Shown here piece after piece: positions 9,256-21,050 of a stretch of DNA of 42,979 nt. This DNA comes from Polyangiaceae bacterium (GTDB taxonomy: Bacteria; Myxococcota_A; Polyangia; Polyangiales; Polyangiaceae): assembly GCA_035470765.1 (NCBI GenBank), contig DATIQP010000201.1, positions 1-42,979 on the forward strand, given 5' to 3'. The translations under genes were made by a program, and so were the position numbers. Below the pieces are notes generated by a model, which was given only the letters and a program-made list of their open reading frames with translations, had not been told where the DNA came from and did no database searches. How positions within the stretch are numbered: position 1 is the first letter of the stretch; the number at the start of each line of letters is the position of its first letter.

Positions 9256-9687
9256 ATGGACCTTCACCAAGCCGTCGCCCAGTACCATGCCGCCGCCGAT
9301 GAGTTCGCGCGGGGGCACGCTCTGCCGGTCAAAATGATCTTCTCCCATCACGACGACGTCACCCTCGCCAATCCGTTCGGCCCGGCCGTGCACGGATGGC
9401 AGGAGGTCTCCGCGGCGCTCGACTTCGCCTCGTCTCGCTTCCGGGACGGCGAGGTCACCAGCGTCGAGACGATCGCCGCGTACGAGACGCCCGACCTGGC
9501 GACCATCGTCGAGCTCGAGCGGTGGAAGGCGAAGGTCTCCGGACGAGACGACGTGATCCGCTTCGATCTGCGCGTCACGAGCACCTTCCGCCGCGAGGAC
9601 GGCGACTGGAAGCTCGTCGCCCGTCACGCTGATCCGATCTCGAGCTTCGATCCGAACGGCCCCTTGCGCATGATCAGCTCCTCTTGA
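9256..9687 (+). CDS. SnoaL/DUF4440-like (NTF2-superfamily) protein
   Basis: 143 aa. Size and pattern are typical of NTF2-like ketosteroid-isomerase-fold proteins (...FDLRVTSTFRREDGDWKLVARHADP). Confidence 0.65.
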   Translation: MDLHQAVAQYHAAADEFARGHALPVKMIFSHHDDVTLANPFGPAVHGWQEVSAALDFASSRFRDGEVTSVETIAAYETPDLATIVELERWKAKVSGRDDVIRFDLRVTSTFRREDGDWKLVARHADPISSFDPNGPLRMISSS

Positions 9688-9745
9688 GGGCTCACACGCC
9701 CACCGACGAGATCACGCCGACGCGCGCCAGGAGCTCGGTCCAAGC

Positions 9746-10171
9746 ATGACGCCAAGCGGTGCAGGCACATGCCATGCATTTCGAGCCAGGGTGAGCCGCT
9801 GCCGTCCTTGCGTACCCTTGGCTCTGCTCGTGCTGCTCGTCGGAGGCTGCGCGCCGCTGGCCGCGCGCGGCGGCCCCATCGATGCGCGCAGGCTCAACGA
9901 CGGAGTCTTCACCGGCTCGGCCGGGCACATCGACAAGGCGACGGTGAGCCTCACGGTCCAGGACCATCGCGTCACCAGCGTGACGCTCGAGTCCTTCTTC
10001 GCCTCGCCGGTCGGCCAGAAGGCCCGCGACGTGATCCCGCAGCGAATCGTCGAGAGGCAGTCGACGAAGGTCGACGTCGTCTCCGGCGCGACCGAGGCGA
10101 GCCACGTCATCATGAACGCCGCAGACGAAGCGGTGAAGAAATCGTACGCCGCGAGCGAGATGACGCGGTGA
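9746..10171 (+). CDS. FMN-binding-domain lipoprotein
   Basis: Lipobox LALLVLLVGGCA, followed by VDVVSGATEASHVIMNAADEAV, which matches the FMN_bind motif (SGAT). An alternative in-frame GTG start lies at 9791. Confidence 0.7.
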   Translation: MTPSGAGTCHAFRARVSRCRPCVPLALLVLLVGGCAPLAARGGPIDARRLNDGVFTGSAGHIDKATVSLTVQDHRVTSVTLESFFASPVGQKARDVIPQRIVERQSTKVDVVSGATEASHVIMNAADEAVKKSYAASEMTR

Positions 10172-10181
10172 GGGCGTGCCC

Positions 10182-10955
10182 TCACGGCCCGGCGAGGCCC
10201 GCGGGCGAGTAGTGCACCATGTCGCTCCTTCGGATGTCGCCCCTGTGCCGGCGCAGCCTCTCGACGGAGAAGGGCTCGCCGTGGGCGGGGAAGATGCGGC
10301 GTGCTCCGGCTCGAATCAGCTTGTCCCAGCTCCGGTAGTACTCCTCGATGTCCTCCAGGAGGATCACGCAGTACCTCGTGCCCGCGAGCGCGGGAAGGTT
10401 CGCGGCCGCATCGCCGACGAAGCAACTGCCGTCCTCGAGCAACACCGAGATCGAGTCGTTCGTGTGGCCCGATGTCTCGATGATCCGGCCACGCAGTCCG
10501 ATGCCGATGTCCTCGAGGTTCGTCTCTCCTTCGATGAGAACGTCGGACTCTCGGCGCGTGTAGGGCGGGAACTCATGGGCGCGCCAGTGCCTGTCGAAGT
10601 CCGCCTTCGTCTTCCGCAACAGGGCGATCAGCCAGCTCGCCCGCCTGCTGACCCAGCCCGTCTCGTGAGCGCGGTCGTTGTGCCCTGCGGCCAGAAGCTC
10701 CGGCGCGCGATGCGACATGACGACGCGAACCGCCTCGTTGGCCCGCGTGATGGGGTTCAACAATCCGCAGTGATCGTCATGATGGTGGGTGAGGACGACG
10801 TGACTGATCTCGGACAAGCGGACGCCCGCTTGTTGCAGGCGCCTCGAGAACAGCGGCCAGTCGGACTCGTAGCCAGTGTCGATGAGGACGTACCCGTGGC
10901 CCGTCTGGACCAAGTAGCAACGCGTCACGCTGAGCTTCAAGGTCTCGATCCTCAT
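10182..10955 (-). CDS. MBL-fold metallo-hydrolase
   Basis: 257 aa with VVLTHHHDDHCGLL (HxHxDH) and TSGHTNDS. Confidence 0.85.
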   Translation of the reverse strand: MRIETLKLSVTRCYLVQTGHGYVLIDTGYESDWPLFSRRLQQAGVRLSEISHVVLTHHHDDHCGLLNPITRANEAVRVVMSHRAPELLAAGHNDRAHETGWVSRRASWLIALLRKTKADFDRHWRAHEFPPYTRRESDVLIEGETNLEDIGIGLRGRIIETSGHTNDSISVLLEDGSCFVGDAAANLPALAGTRYCVILLEDIEEYYRSWDKLIRAGARRIFPAHGEPFSVERLRRHRGDIRRSDMVHYSPAGLAGP

Positions 10956-11068
10956 GCGGACGCTCCTTTGCTCGACAAGAGAAGCATCCGGCGCGCCGAG
11001 TCGCGGCTCAGCGTGAGCGTGGTCGAGCCCGACGAGCAGCGTCGAGCCGCCCCGTCACTGGCCCGCGC

Positions 11069-13408
11069 TCAGCTCCGCTTCAGCCCAGGCCGGAACTGCT
11101 CGAGCTGCCTCAGCGCGTCGTTCTTCAGCGCGCCGGACGACAAAGTCGCGCCCGCCCCCGGCGCCGGGCCGCGCCCGCCTCGGTCCTGCGGACGCGCTCC
11201 GTCCTGCCTCGCGCTCGGGCGCGCGCCTTGGCCGCTCTTCATGGTCAGCGCGATCTGGTTCTTGGCGAGGTTGACCTCGAGCACGCGCACCGTGACGCGA
11301 CCTCCGGGGCTGACGACGTCGCGCGGGTCCTTCACGAACCGATCGGCGAGCTGCGAGATGTGCACGAGGCCGTCCTGGTGCACGCCGATGTCGACGAACG
11401 CGCCGAAGTTGGTGACGTTGGTGACGATACCGGGACACACCATGCCGGGCGTCAGGTCCTTGAGCTCGTGGATGTCGTCGCGGAAGCTCCAGACGACGAA
11501 CGACTCGCGCGGATCGCGACCCGGTCGCTCGAGCTCCTTGACGATGTCGTCGAAGGTGAACTGCCCCACCTCCGCGCGGAACTGGGCGTCTCGCTTCACG
11601 AACGTGGCCCCCTCGCCGACGAGGTCACCCACGTCCTTGCCCAGGCGCGCCGCCAGCTTCTCGAGCAGCGGGTAGCGCTCGGGGTGGATGCCGGTGTTGT
11701 CGAGCGGGTGCGCCGCCCCTGGGATGCGCAAGAACCCGGCCGCCTGCTCGAACACCTTGTCGGAGAGGCGCGAGACGGCGAGCAGATCGCGCTTCTCCTT
11801 GAAGACGCCCTTCTTCTGGCGGTGCTCGACGACGGCGCGCGCGAGCGACGAGCCGATGCCGGCCACCTCGGCGAGCAGGTAGGGCGACGCCGTGTTCACG
11901 TTGACGCCGACGGCATTGACGCAGCTCTGCACGACTGTCTCGAGGCTCTTCTTGAGCAGCCCCGGCGTCACGTCGTGCTGGTACTGACCGACCCCGATGC
12001 TCTTGGGGTCGACCTTCACGAGCTCCGCGAGCGGGTCCTGCAGGCGCCGCGCGATCGAGATGGCGCCGCGGATCGTGAGATCCAGGTCCGGGAACTCCTC
12101 GCGGGCGATGTCGCTGGCGCTGTACACGCTCGCTCCCGCCTCGCTCACCATGACGACGGGGATGCGTCCCTGCCCCAGCTCGCCGAGCGCCGTGCGGATG
12201 AACGCCTCCGCCTCGCGCCCCGCCGTGCCGTTCCCGACGGCCACCGACGACACGTTCGCGCTCTCGACGGCGAGCCGCAGCACCTGCTTGGCCTGCTCGC
12301 GCTCGCGGTCCGAGCCGAGGTAGATGACGTGGCTGCCCACGTACGCGCCCGACTCGCTGACGACGGCGAGCTTGCAGCCGGTGCGGATGCCGGGGTCGAC
12401 GCCGAGGACGGACTTGGCCCCGTAGGGCGACGCGAGCAGCAGCTTGCGCAGGTTCTCCGCGAAGACGTGGATCGCCGCGGCGTCGGCCACGTCGCGCAGG
12501 GCCTTCTTCACCTCGTTCTCGATGCTCGACGCGACGTACACGCGCAGCGCCAGCCGCGCGGCGCGCTTCATGACGGAGGCCGCTGGCGAGGAGGGAAGCG
12601 GGCAGGCCGCACGCTCGAACGTCGCGAGCAGGGTGGCGTCGAACGCCTCGTCGCCCGGTGCGCCGCCGATCGTCATCACGAGCTCCTCCTCCATGAACCC
12701 GCGGCGCATGGCCAGGAAGCGGTGCGACGCCTCGGGCGCCAAGAGGGCAGAGACGCGTTCGTGGTAGGCGAAGTAGCGCTCGAACTTGCTGTTCGGCTTG
12801 GCCTTCTCGCCCTTGGTTGTGCGCACGAAGCCCTCGTCGAACATGGCCCGCCGCACGTGCTCGCGCAGGTCGGCGTCCTCGGCGAGCCGCTCGATGACGA
12901 TGTCGCGCGCGCCCTCGATGGCCTGCTCGGGCGTCGCGACGTTCTTGTCCGGCGCGACGAACGCCGCGGCCTTCTCGGCGAGGGGGACCTCGCCTCCGCC
13001 CTCCTCGTGCGAGACGCGCCACATCCAGTCCGCGAGCGGCTCGAGGCCGGCCTCGCGCGCGACCATGGCCTTGGTCTTCCGCTTCAGCTTGTACGGCAGG
13101 TAGAGATCCTCGAGGCGATCGAGGTCGTAGGTGGCGAGGATCTTCTCCTTCAGCTCGGGCGTGAGCTTGCCCTGCTGGTCGATCTCCTCGCAGATGAACT
13201 TCTTGCGGTGCTCGATGGCGTCCCACGCCTGCTTGGCGTCGAGCACGTTCTGAATGGCCACCTCGTCGAGGTTGCCGGTCTGCTCCTTGCGGTAGCGAGC
13301 GATGAACGGCAGCGTGGCGCCGCCCTCGGAGAGCGCGAGGACCGCCTTGGCGGACGCCACGGGGATCGCCCCGTGCCGCGAGGAGAACCAGTCGTCGAAG
13401 GAGAGCAT
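11069..13408 (-). CDS. tex: Tex-like transcription accessory protein (S1 RNA-binding domain)
   Basis: 779 aa. The N-terminus (ATLPFIARYRKEQTGNLDE), the YqgF/RuvC-like block (VLGVDPGIRTGCKLAVV), the HhH region and the C-terminal S1 domain (GMVCPGIVTNVTNFGAFVDIGVHQDGLVHISQL) are collinear with Tex/YhgF. Confidence 0.95.
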   Translation of the reverse strand: MLSFDDWFSSRHGAIPVASAKAVLALSEGGATLPFIARYRKEQTGNLDEVAIQNVLDAKQAWDAIEHRKKFICEEIDQQGKLTPELKEKILATYDLDRLEDLYLPYKLKRKTKAMVAREAGLEPLADWMWRVSHEEGGGEVPLAEKAAAFVAPDKNVATPEQAIEGARDIVIERLAEDADLREHVRRAMFDEGFVRTTKGEKAKPNSKFERYFAYHERVSALLAPEASHRFLAMRRGFMEEELVMTIGGAPGDEAFDATLLATFERAACPLPSSPAASVMKRAARLALRVYVASSIENEVKKALRDVADAAAIHVFAENLRKLLLASPYGAKSVLGVDPGIRTGCKLAVVSESGAYVGSHVIYLGSDREREQAKQVLRLAVESANVSSVAVGNGTAGREAEAFIRTALGELGQGRIPVVMVSEAGASVYSASDIAREEFPDLDLTIRGAISIARRLQDPLAELVKVDPKSIGVGQYQHDVTPGLLKKSLETVVQSCVNAVGVNVNTASPYLLAEVAGIGSSLARAVVEHRQKKGVFKEKRDLLAVSRLSDKVFEQAAGFLRIPGAAHPLDNTGIHPERYPLLEKLAARLGKDVGDLVGEGATFVKRDAQFRAEVGQFTFDDIVKELERPGRDPRESFVVWSFRDDIHELKDLTPGMVCPGIVTNVTNFGAFVDIGVHQDGLVHISQLADRFVKDPRDVVSPGGRVTVRVLEVNLAKNQIALTMKSGQGARPSARQDGARPQDRGGRGPAPGAGATLSSGALKNDALRQLEQFRPGLKRS

Positions 13409-13581
13409 CGAGGCGCTCCTAGTAGCCGAGCGCGCGTGCAGGCGCGAGGACGAATTCGTCTACCTGATGCTCACGCAGAGTTCGACCAGGCCCCGCTCAC
13501 GCATGTCGATGATCTCGTCCCGTGTGGACACCTAGTCGCCCGCTGCGCCCATGGCGCCATCGGCTCCAAGCTGAGCGCCGG

Positions 13582-14985
13582 TCACTTCGGGGTCATCATC
13601 ACGGCGCCGCCGCTCGTCCAGTAGACGTTCGCGGCGTCGATGGCGATCCTCTCGGGGTCCGTCTGCCCGATGGCCAGAACGACGGGCGTGCCGCCGGTCA
13701 GCGGGACTTTCATCACCAAGCCGCCGTAGTAGTCGACCCAATAGGCGGCGCTGGAGTCGACGGCGATGTCGTTCGGCCCGTCCTGACCCGACGCGAGTGT
13801 GGTCGTCCCTCCGCCGGAGAGGGTCATCTCGACGACGACGCCCAAATCCGTCCAGTACAGGTTCGTCGAGTCCACCGCGAGCTGGAAGGGTGAGGACGCA
13901 TATCCCAGGCTCGTCGATGCGCCGCCACTCAGGGCAACCTTGGAAATGGCGCCCACCGTCGACCAGTAGACGTTCGTTGCATCGACCGCGATCCCGTACA
14001 CCGGCTGCTGCGAGGTCGCCAAGGTGACGGGCGTGCCGCCGCCGATCGACACCTTCAGCACGCTCTTGTCACTCGTCCAGTAGACGCTCGCTCCGTCGAC
14101 CGCGATGTCTCCCGGGAGCTGTGGATTCGAGGCGAGCACCACGGGTGTGCCCCCCGCGAGCGCGACCTTCGTGACGCCGCCGGCGTTGCCCGTGTTCAGC
14201 CAGTATGCGCTCGTCGAATCGACGGCGATACTCGCGGGAGAAGGCTGCCCTGCGGCGATTGTCTCCGGAGTGCCGCCACCGACCGCGATTCTCCTGACGA
14301 GGCCGTCGACGTAGTCGGTCCAGTAGACGTACGCGCCGTCGGCCGCGAGGCCCGACGCGTTCTCGCCCGCGGCGAGCACGACGGGCGTCGCCAAGCATTG
14401 ACACGACCATCCTCCGGACACGCACGTGCAAGCCGCCGACGAGCTGGCGTCGCAGCCGTGGTCGCTGGCGCAGGTGTCGGTCCCGGTGCACGACTGCCCG
14501 TCCACGACGAGCTGCGGGCTCGGGCATCCGGGCGGCGGACCGGCCTCCACGCAGCTCTGCTCCTGGCAACGGAAGGCAGTGCCATCGCAGGTGCACGTGT
14601 CGCATTCGGTGCCGGGCCGGCGGCAAACGAGCCCCGCTTGGCTGCAGGCAGCGCCGGGCGCCACCCCGCCCTGAAGGGCGAAGTGCGTCCCGTCGCATGC
14701 GAGCGCGGGGCCTGGGCATTGGCCGCCGGCGCTGGGCGAACAAACGAGCCCGGCTTGCGTGCACGGATCTCCAAGCGCGGCGACCTGCGGACCGAACTGC
14801 GTCCCGTCGCACACGAGCGACTTGCACGCCGTCCCATCCGGCCCCGGACACGTCAACCCAACTTGGCTTTCGCGACAGGGATCGCCTTCGTGCACGCCCG
14901 AACAGTCGCCGGCAGTGCAGCGTGTGCTGAGGACAACGAGCCCGAGCGCGCTCGACACGACCAGAAGGAAGGGCCGTTTCCTCAC
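13582..14985 (-). CDS. Secreted protein: Cys-rich N-terminal region plus six-bladed YWTD-like beta-propeller
   Basis: Has a signal peptide (MRKRPFLLVVSSALGLVVLS) and about 180 aa with around 30 Cys (repeated LVC/CDGT units). Six roughly 40-aa repeats follow, of the form IAVD(x)3(V/L)YWT...V(x)KV(x)L(x)GGTP(x)(x)LA. Confidence 0.8.
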   Translation of the reverse strand: MRKRPFLLVVSSALGLVVLSTRCTAGDCSGVHEGDPCRESQVGLTCPGPDGTACKSLVCDGTQFGPQVAALGDPCTQAGLVCSPSAGGQCPGPALACDGTHFALQGGVAPGAACSQAGLVCRRPGTECDTCTCDGTAFRCQEQSCVEAGPPPGCPSPQLVVDGQSCTGTDTCASDHGCDASSSAACTCVSGGWSCQCLATPVVLAAGENASGLAADGAYVYWTDYVDGLVRRIAVGGGTPETIAAGQPSPASIAVDSTSAYWLNTGNAGGVTKVALAGGTPVVLASNPQLPGDIAVDGASVYWTSDKSVLKVSIGGGTPVTLATSQQPVYGIAVDATNVYWSTVGAISKVALSGGASTSLGYASSPFQLAVDSTNLYWTDLGVVVEMTLSGGGTTTLASGQDGPNDIAVDSSAAYWVDYYGGLVMKVPLTGGTPVVLAIGQTDPERIAIDAANVYWTSGGAVMMTPK

Positions 14986-15054
14986 GATCTCAGGCTAGCA
15001 CCCGCTGGCCGACCGTCGCGATCTCGACTGCGCACACCCCGCGTTCCGCGGCAC

Positions 15055-15273
15055 GGTGGCCAGGTCGATTTCTACGTCGACCAGACGAAGTACGAGACCG
15101 TCACGTCGGCGAGCGTTCCCTCGAGCGCGACGTGGGAGCTCGACAAGCCGTTCTTCATCCTGTTGAACCTCGCCGTCGGCAGCAAGGACTCGTGGCCGGG
15201 GGCGCCCGACACGAGCACGATCTTCCCGGCCGAGCTGCTCGTCGACTACGTGCGCGTGTACACGCCGCAGTGA
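15055..15273 (+). pseudogene. Glycoside hydrolase family 16 (beta-glucanase) C-terminal remnant
   Basis: The last 72 codons read GGQVDFYVDQTKYETV...WELDKPFFILLNLAVGSKDSWPGAPDTSTIFPAELLVDYVRVY, the characteristic C-terminal strands of GH16 laminarinases. Only 69 nt separate it from the upstream gene, so the catalytic ExDxxE region is absent. The rest of track ORF 14398-15273 is antisense to the propeller gene. Confidence 0.55.
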
Positions 15274-15417
15274 GCCATCACATCCGCGCCGCGGAGGCTT
15301 CGGCGGGAACGGATGGGTCACGGTGCGCAGCCCATGCGTGCCGAATGATCCTCGGTGGCGTCCCGCCGTCGGCGACCCCAACTTGGTTCTATAGACCTGT
15401 TTCGCAGAGGTGATCCG

Positions 15418-16401
<984 letters not shown>

Positions 16402-16739
16402 ATCAAGCCCTCGTCACCTCGACGTGTCCACGAGGAATGAGGACAAGGACGAGAGCTTGGCGGCCCAAGAAGCTGGCGCACCTCCGCGCCCGAGAGCACC
16501 CAGATCGTGCGCGCGTCTTGTTCGATGCCGACGCCTCGGCGCAGCGGTCCCCGAGCGGCCTGCACGTGACCGATGCCGTCCCGGCAGGCGTCGCAGCGGA
16601 GCAGGCGTGGCGTTGATTGCCCCTCTCACGAGATCGATCGTCGCGCTGGACGAGGCCCAGCGCAAGCTCGGAGGCGGCGAGGACGGACGAGCGCCTCGGC
16701 GTGACCGAGTCGGTCAGGCGACGGCGAGGTCCTGGCCCG

Positions 16740-18554
16740 TCACGCCACGCGATTACCGCCACCAAGCGCCGCCTGGGGGCGCGGCTGGCGGTACAGGGCA
16801 TCGAGCGCTTCGCCGAAGCGCGCGATGGCTTCACGACGTTTGAGCTTCATGGTCGGAGTGAGGAGGCCGCTCTCGATGGTGAAGTCCTCGGTGATGAGGC
16901 CGAACGCCTGTGGCCTCTCGTAGCCGCGGAAGGACTCGGCGAACCGGGCGAGGTCGCCCTCCACGAGCTTCTTCACGTTCGGGTCGGTGGTCAGGTCTCG
17001 CGCGAGCGTCAGCCCCCTTTGCTTCGCCCACGCGCGCACCGCATCGACGTTGAGCACGACGAGCGCGACGTTGTACGGTCGGTTGTCCCCGTAGAGCATG
17101 ACATTGAGGATGTACGGAGAGAGCTTGAGCGCCTCCTCGAGCGGGGAGGGCATGACGTACTCTCCGTTCTCGAGCTTGTACTGCTCCTTGATGCGGCCGG
17201 TGATGTAGAGGAATCCGTTTTCGTCGAGATACCCGATGTCCCCGGTGCGGAGCCCTCCATCGGCGGTCAGCGCCTTCGCGGTCTCCTCCGTTCGCCCGAA
17301 GTATCCGCGCATGACGTTCGGGCCGTAGACGACGATCTCCCCGCGATTCGGCCAATCGCCGACCGACTCGTCGATGACGACTCTGACGCCCGGGATTGCC
17401 CTCCCGACGCTCCCGAACTTTCGGCCGCCAGGGTCGGGGAGGTTCCCGGTGACGAGCGGCGACGCTTCGGTGAGCCCGTACGCCTCGTAGACCTCGATGC
17501 CCATCGCGTCGATCGCCTCCGCCACGTCGACAGAGAGCGTCGCGCTCGCGCTGATCGCGTACTTCAGCCGTCCGCCGAACCGCTCGCGGACCTTGGAGAA
17601 GATCAAGCGATCGGCGAGCCTGAGCGCAAGCCTGTCCATCGCGCTGGTGGGCTCGTTCCGGAGGCGCCGTGCAGCGGTGCGGACCGCGCGGCGGAACAGG
17701 CTCTGGACGACCTTCGGACGCTCGGCGACTTGCTTGGTGACGCTCGCGTAGAGCCGGTTCCAGATCCTCGGCACCGCGACGAGGATGGTGGGGCGCACCT
17801 CGGCGAGCTCCTCGACCAGGTTCTTCACGTCGGTGCAGAGCGCGGCGGACGCTCCCGCGGCGAGCACGACGTTGAGCTCGGTCTGGCCGTAGGCATGGGC
17901 CCACGGCAAGAAGGAGAGCATGCGGTCGTCGGGGGTGAACGGGAAGATCGCGATCGTCGTGGCGATGTTCGACGTGACGTTTGCGTGCGAGAGCATCACG
18001 CCCTTCGGCAAGCCGGTCGTGCCCGAGGTGTAGATCAAGGTGGCGAGCGCATCGGGCTCCGGCGAGATCGCAGGAACGGGGTTCGCCCGTCCGCGCTCGA
18101 GGACGCCCTCGAACGTGCTGGTGCCGTCCTTCGGAGCGTCGATCGCGACGAGGTGCGTGAGGGAGGGCAGCCGCGGGCGCATCTCTTCGAGGGCGGCAAC
18201 GACGTGCGGGGTCGATCCGATGACGACCTTGGCGCCGCAATCCCCGAGGATGTGCTCCCACTCCTTCGACCTCTGCTGCTCGTACATCGCGACGAAGGCC
18301 GCGCCGAGCCCGTAGGTGGCGTAGGCGGCCACGGCCCACTCGATGCGGTTCGCCGCGACAATGGCGACTCGGTCGCCGGCGCGCACGCCGAGCCCGGCAA
18401 GGCCGGCGCGGAGCGCGTCGACGGCGGCCGACACCTCGCCGTACGTCGTCCAGGTCCTTCCGGTCGCCGTCTTCGTACCGAAGAGCGGACGGTCGCGGTA
18501 ACGCTGGAAGCTTCCCTCTGCGAGCTCGACGAGATTCCTCGGTACCGTGCTCAT
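16740..18554 (-). CDS. fadD: Long-chain-fatty-acid--CoA ligase (AMP-binding family)
   Basis: Contains the AMP-binding P-loop IYTSGTTGLPKGVMLSH, as well as YGLTE, TGDIG and the C-terminal TPTMKLKR. Start at the ATG at 18554; a GTG at 18575 is an alternative. Confidence 0.88.
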   Translation of the reverse strand: MSTVPRNLVELAEGSFQRYRDRPLFGTKTATGRTWTTYGEVSAAVDALRAGLAGLGVRAGDRVAIVAANRIEWAVAAYATYGLGAAFVAMYEQQRSKEWEHILGDCGAKVVIGSTPHVVAALEEMRPRLPSLTHLVAIDAPKDGTSTFEGVLERGRANPVPAISPEPDALATLIYTSGTTGLPKGVMLSHANVTSNIATTIAIFPFTPDDRMLSFLPWAHAYGQTELNVVLAAGASAALCTDVKNLVEELAEVRPTILVAVPRIWNRLYASVTKQVAERPKVVQSLFRRAVRTAARRLRNEPTSAMDRLALRLADRLIFSKVRERFGGRLKYAISASATLSVDVAEAIDAMGIEVYEAYGLTEASPLVTGNLPDPGGRKFGSVGRAIPGVRVVIDESVGDWPNRGEIVVYGPNVMRGYFGRTEETAKALTADGGLRTGDIGYLDENGFLYITGRIKEQYKLENGEYVMPSPLEEALKLSPYILNVMLYGDNRPYNVALVVLNVDAVRAWAKQRGLTLARDLTTDPNVKKLVEGDLARFAESFRGYERPQAFGLITEDFTIESGLLTPTMKLKRREAIARFGEALDALYRQPRPQAALGGGNRVA

Positions 18555-18900
18555 CGTGACCTCCTGTTCCTGCACGCCCAGCTCGAGCAGCTCGACGCAA
18601 TCCTGGCAGACGAGCGCAAGATGCTCGCGCTCGATCTCGCCGGCTGCGAGTGCAGTGTCATGACCGGGGGCTCCGCGCGAACAGAATGCAACCGGGAAGC
18701 CACGCGGCCGTGGTCGAGCTGCTCGCCCGAAGGCGGCGCGGACGAGTCTCTCAGCGCCCGCCAGCCCCAGGCCTCGAGCGCCCGCTGCCGCCGCTCGTCG
18801 GCGAAGGCCACTGCGAGTCGAGGTGAGTCGGCATGATCTTTTCGCCCCAGAGCGTGCTCTCGCACGACGGATCTTCGCGATCGACGGCCGCGAATGGAGA

Positions 18901-18967
18901 GGAGGTCGGAGACGGAGACGGAGAGGGAGACGGAGACGGAGCTGGAGGCGGAGACGGAGTCAGAGTC
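18901..18967. repeat. Imperfect hexanucleotide microsatellite (GGAGAC)n, about 11 units
   Basis: Direct reading gives GGAGGTC GGAGAC GGAGAC GGAGAG GGAGAC GGAGAC GGAGCT GGAGGC GGAGAC GGAGTC AGAGTC. It lies in the 580-bp apparently non-coding gap between 19155 and 18575. Confidence 0.7.
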
Positions 18968-19154
18968 GCCGCTTCACGCGCGGCACGTCCGCGCCCCGGT
19001 TATCCCCCTCCCCCGTTCGAGCGAAGCGAGAACGTGGGGGAGGCGCTCGCGCGCAGGCGGCGCGCGGAAGCGCTGCGAGCGTGCCTCACGTCACGCGGTG
19101 CAGCGCGAGCACGCCGCCGAGCACGAGCGGGTGGGGGCCACCCCCTTCCCCCTC

Positions 19155-21023
<1,869 letters not shown>

Positions 21024-21050
21024 GGCTCACTCACCTTCCTGTTCGATCGA

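Noticed and set aside
11228-13624. A 798-aa plus-strand ORF opposite tex, and similar long antisense ORFs at 16617-18836, 18894-21296, 26966-28804, 37625-39133 and 40536-42776
   Set aside because: All are antisense to genes with unambiguous family motifs. All have Arg/Ala/Asp/Glu/Val-rich, mirror-image composition with no recognisable domains.
14398-15054. The upstream 219 codons of the ORF that ends in the GH16-like tail
   Set aside because: This part is antisense to the propeller gene 13582-14985 and is Arg/Ala/Gly low complexity. Only the last 72 codons resemble GH16.
16437-16616. A 59-aa ORF (MRTRTRAWRPKKLAHLRAREHPDRARVLFDADASAQ...) in the convergent gap between the aldo/keto reductase and fadD
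   Set aside because: It has GC-rich third positions. However, the only Shine-Dalgarno-like GAGGA abuts the ATG with essentially no spacer, I recognise no motif, and ORFs of this length arise by chance at this GC content. It is not reported as a feature, but it could be revisited with ribosome-profiling data.
18551-18865. A 104-aa minus-strand ORF and overlapping plus-strand ORFs (18823-19437, 18833-19234) in the fadD upstream spacer
   Set aside because: Their compositions are low complexity (Arg/Ser/Ala or Gly/Asp runs that derive from the hexamer repeat). The minus-strand ORF would overlap the fadD start out of frame. None has a signal, motif or ribosome-binding site.
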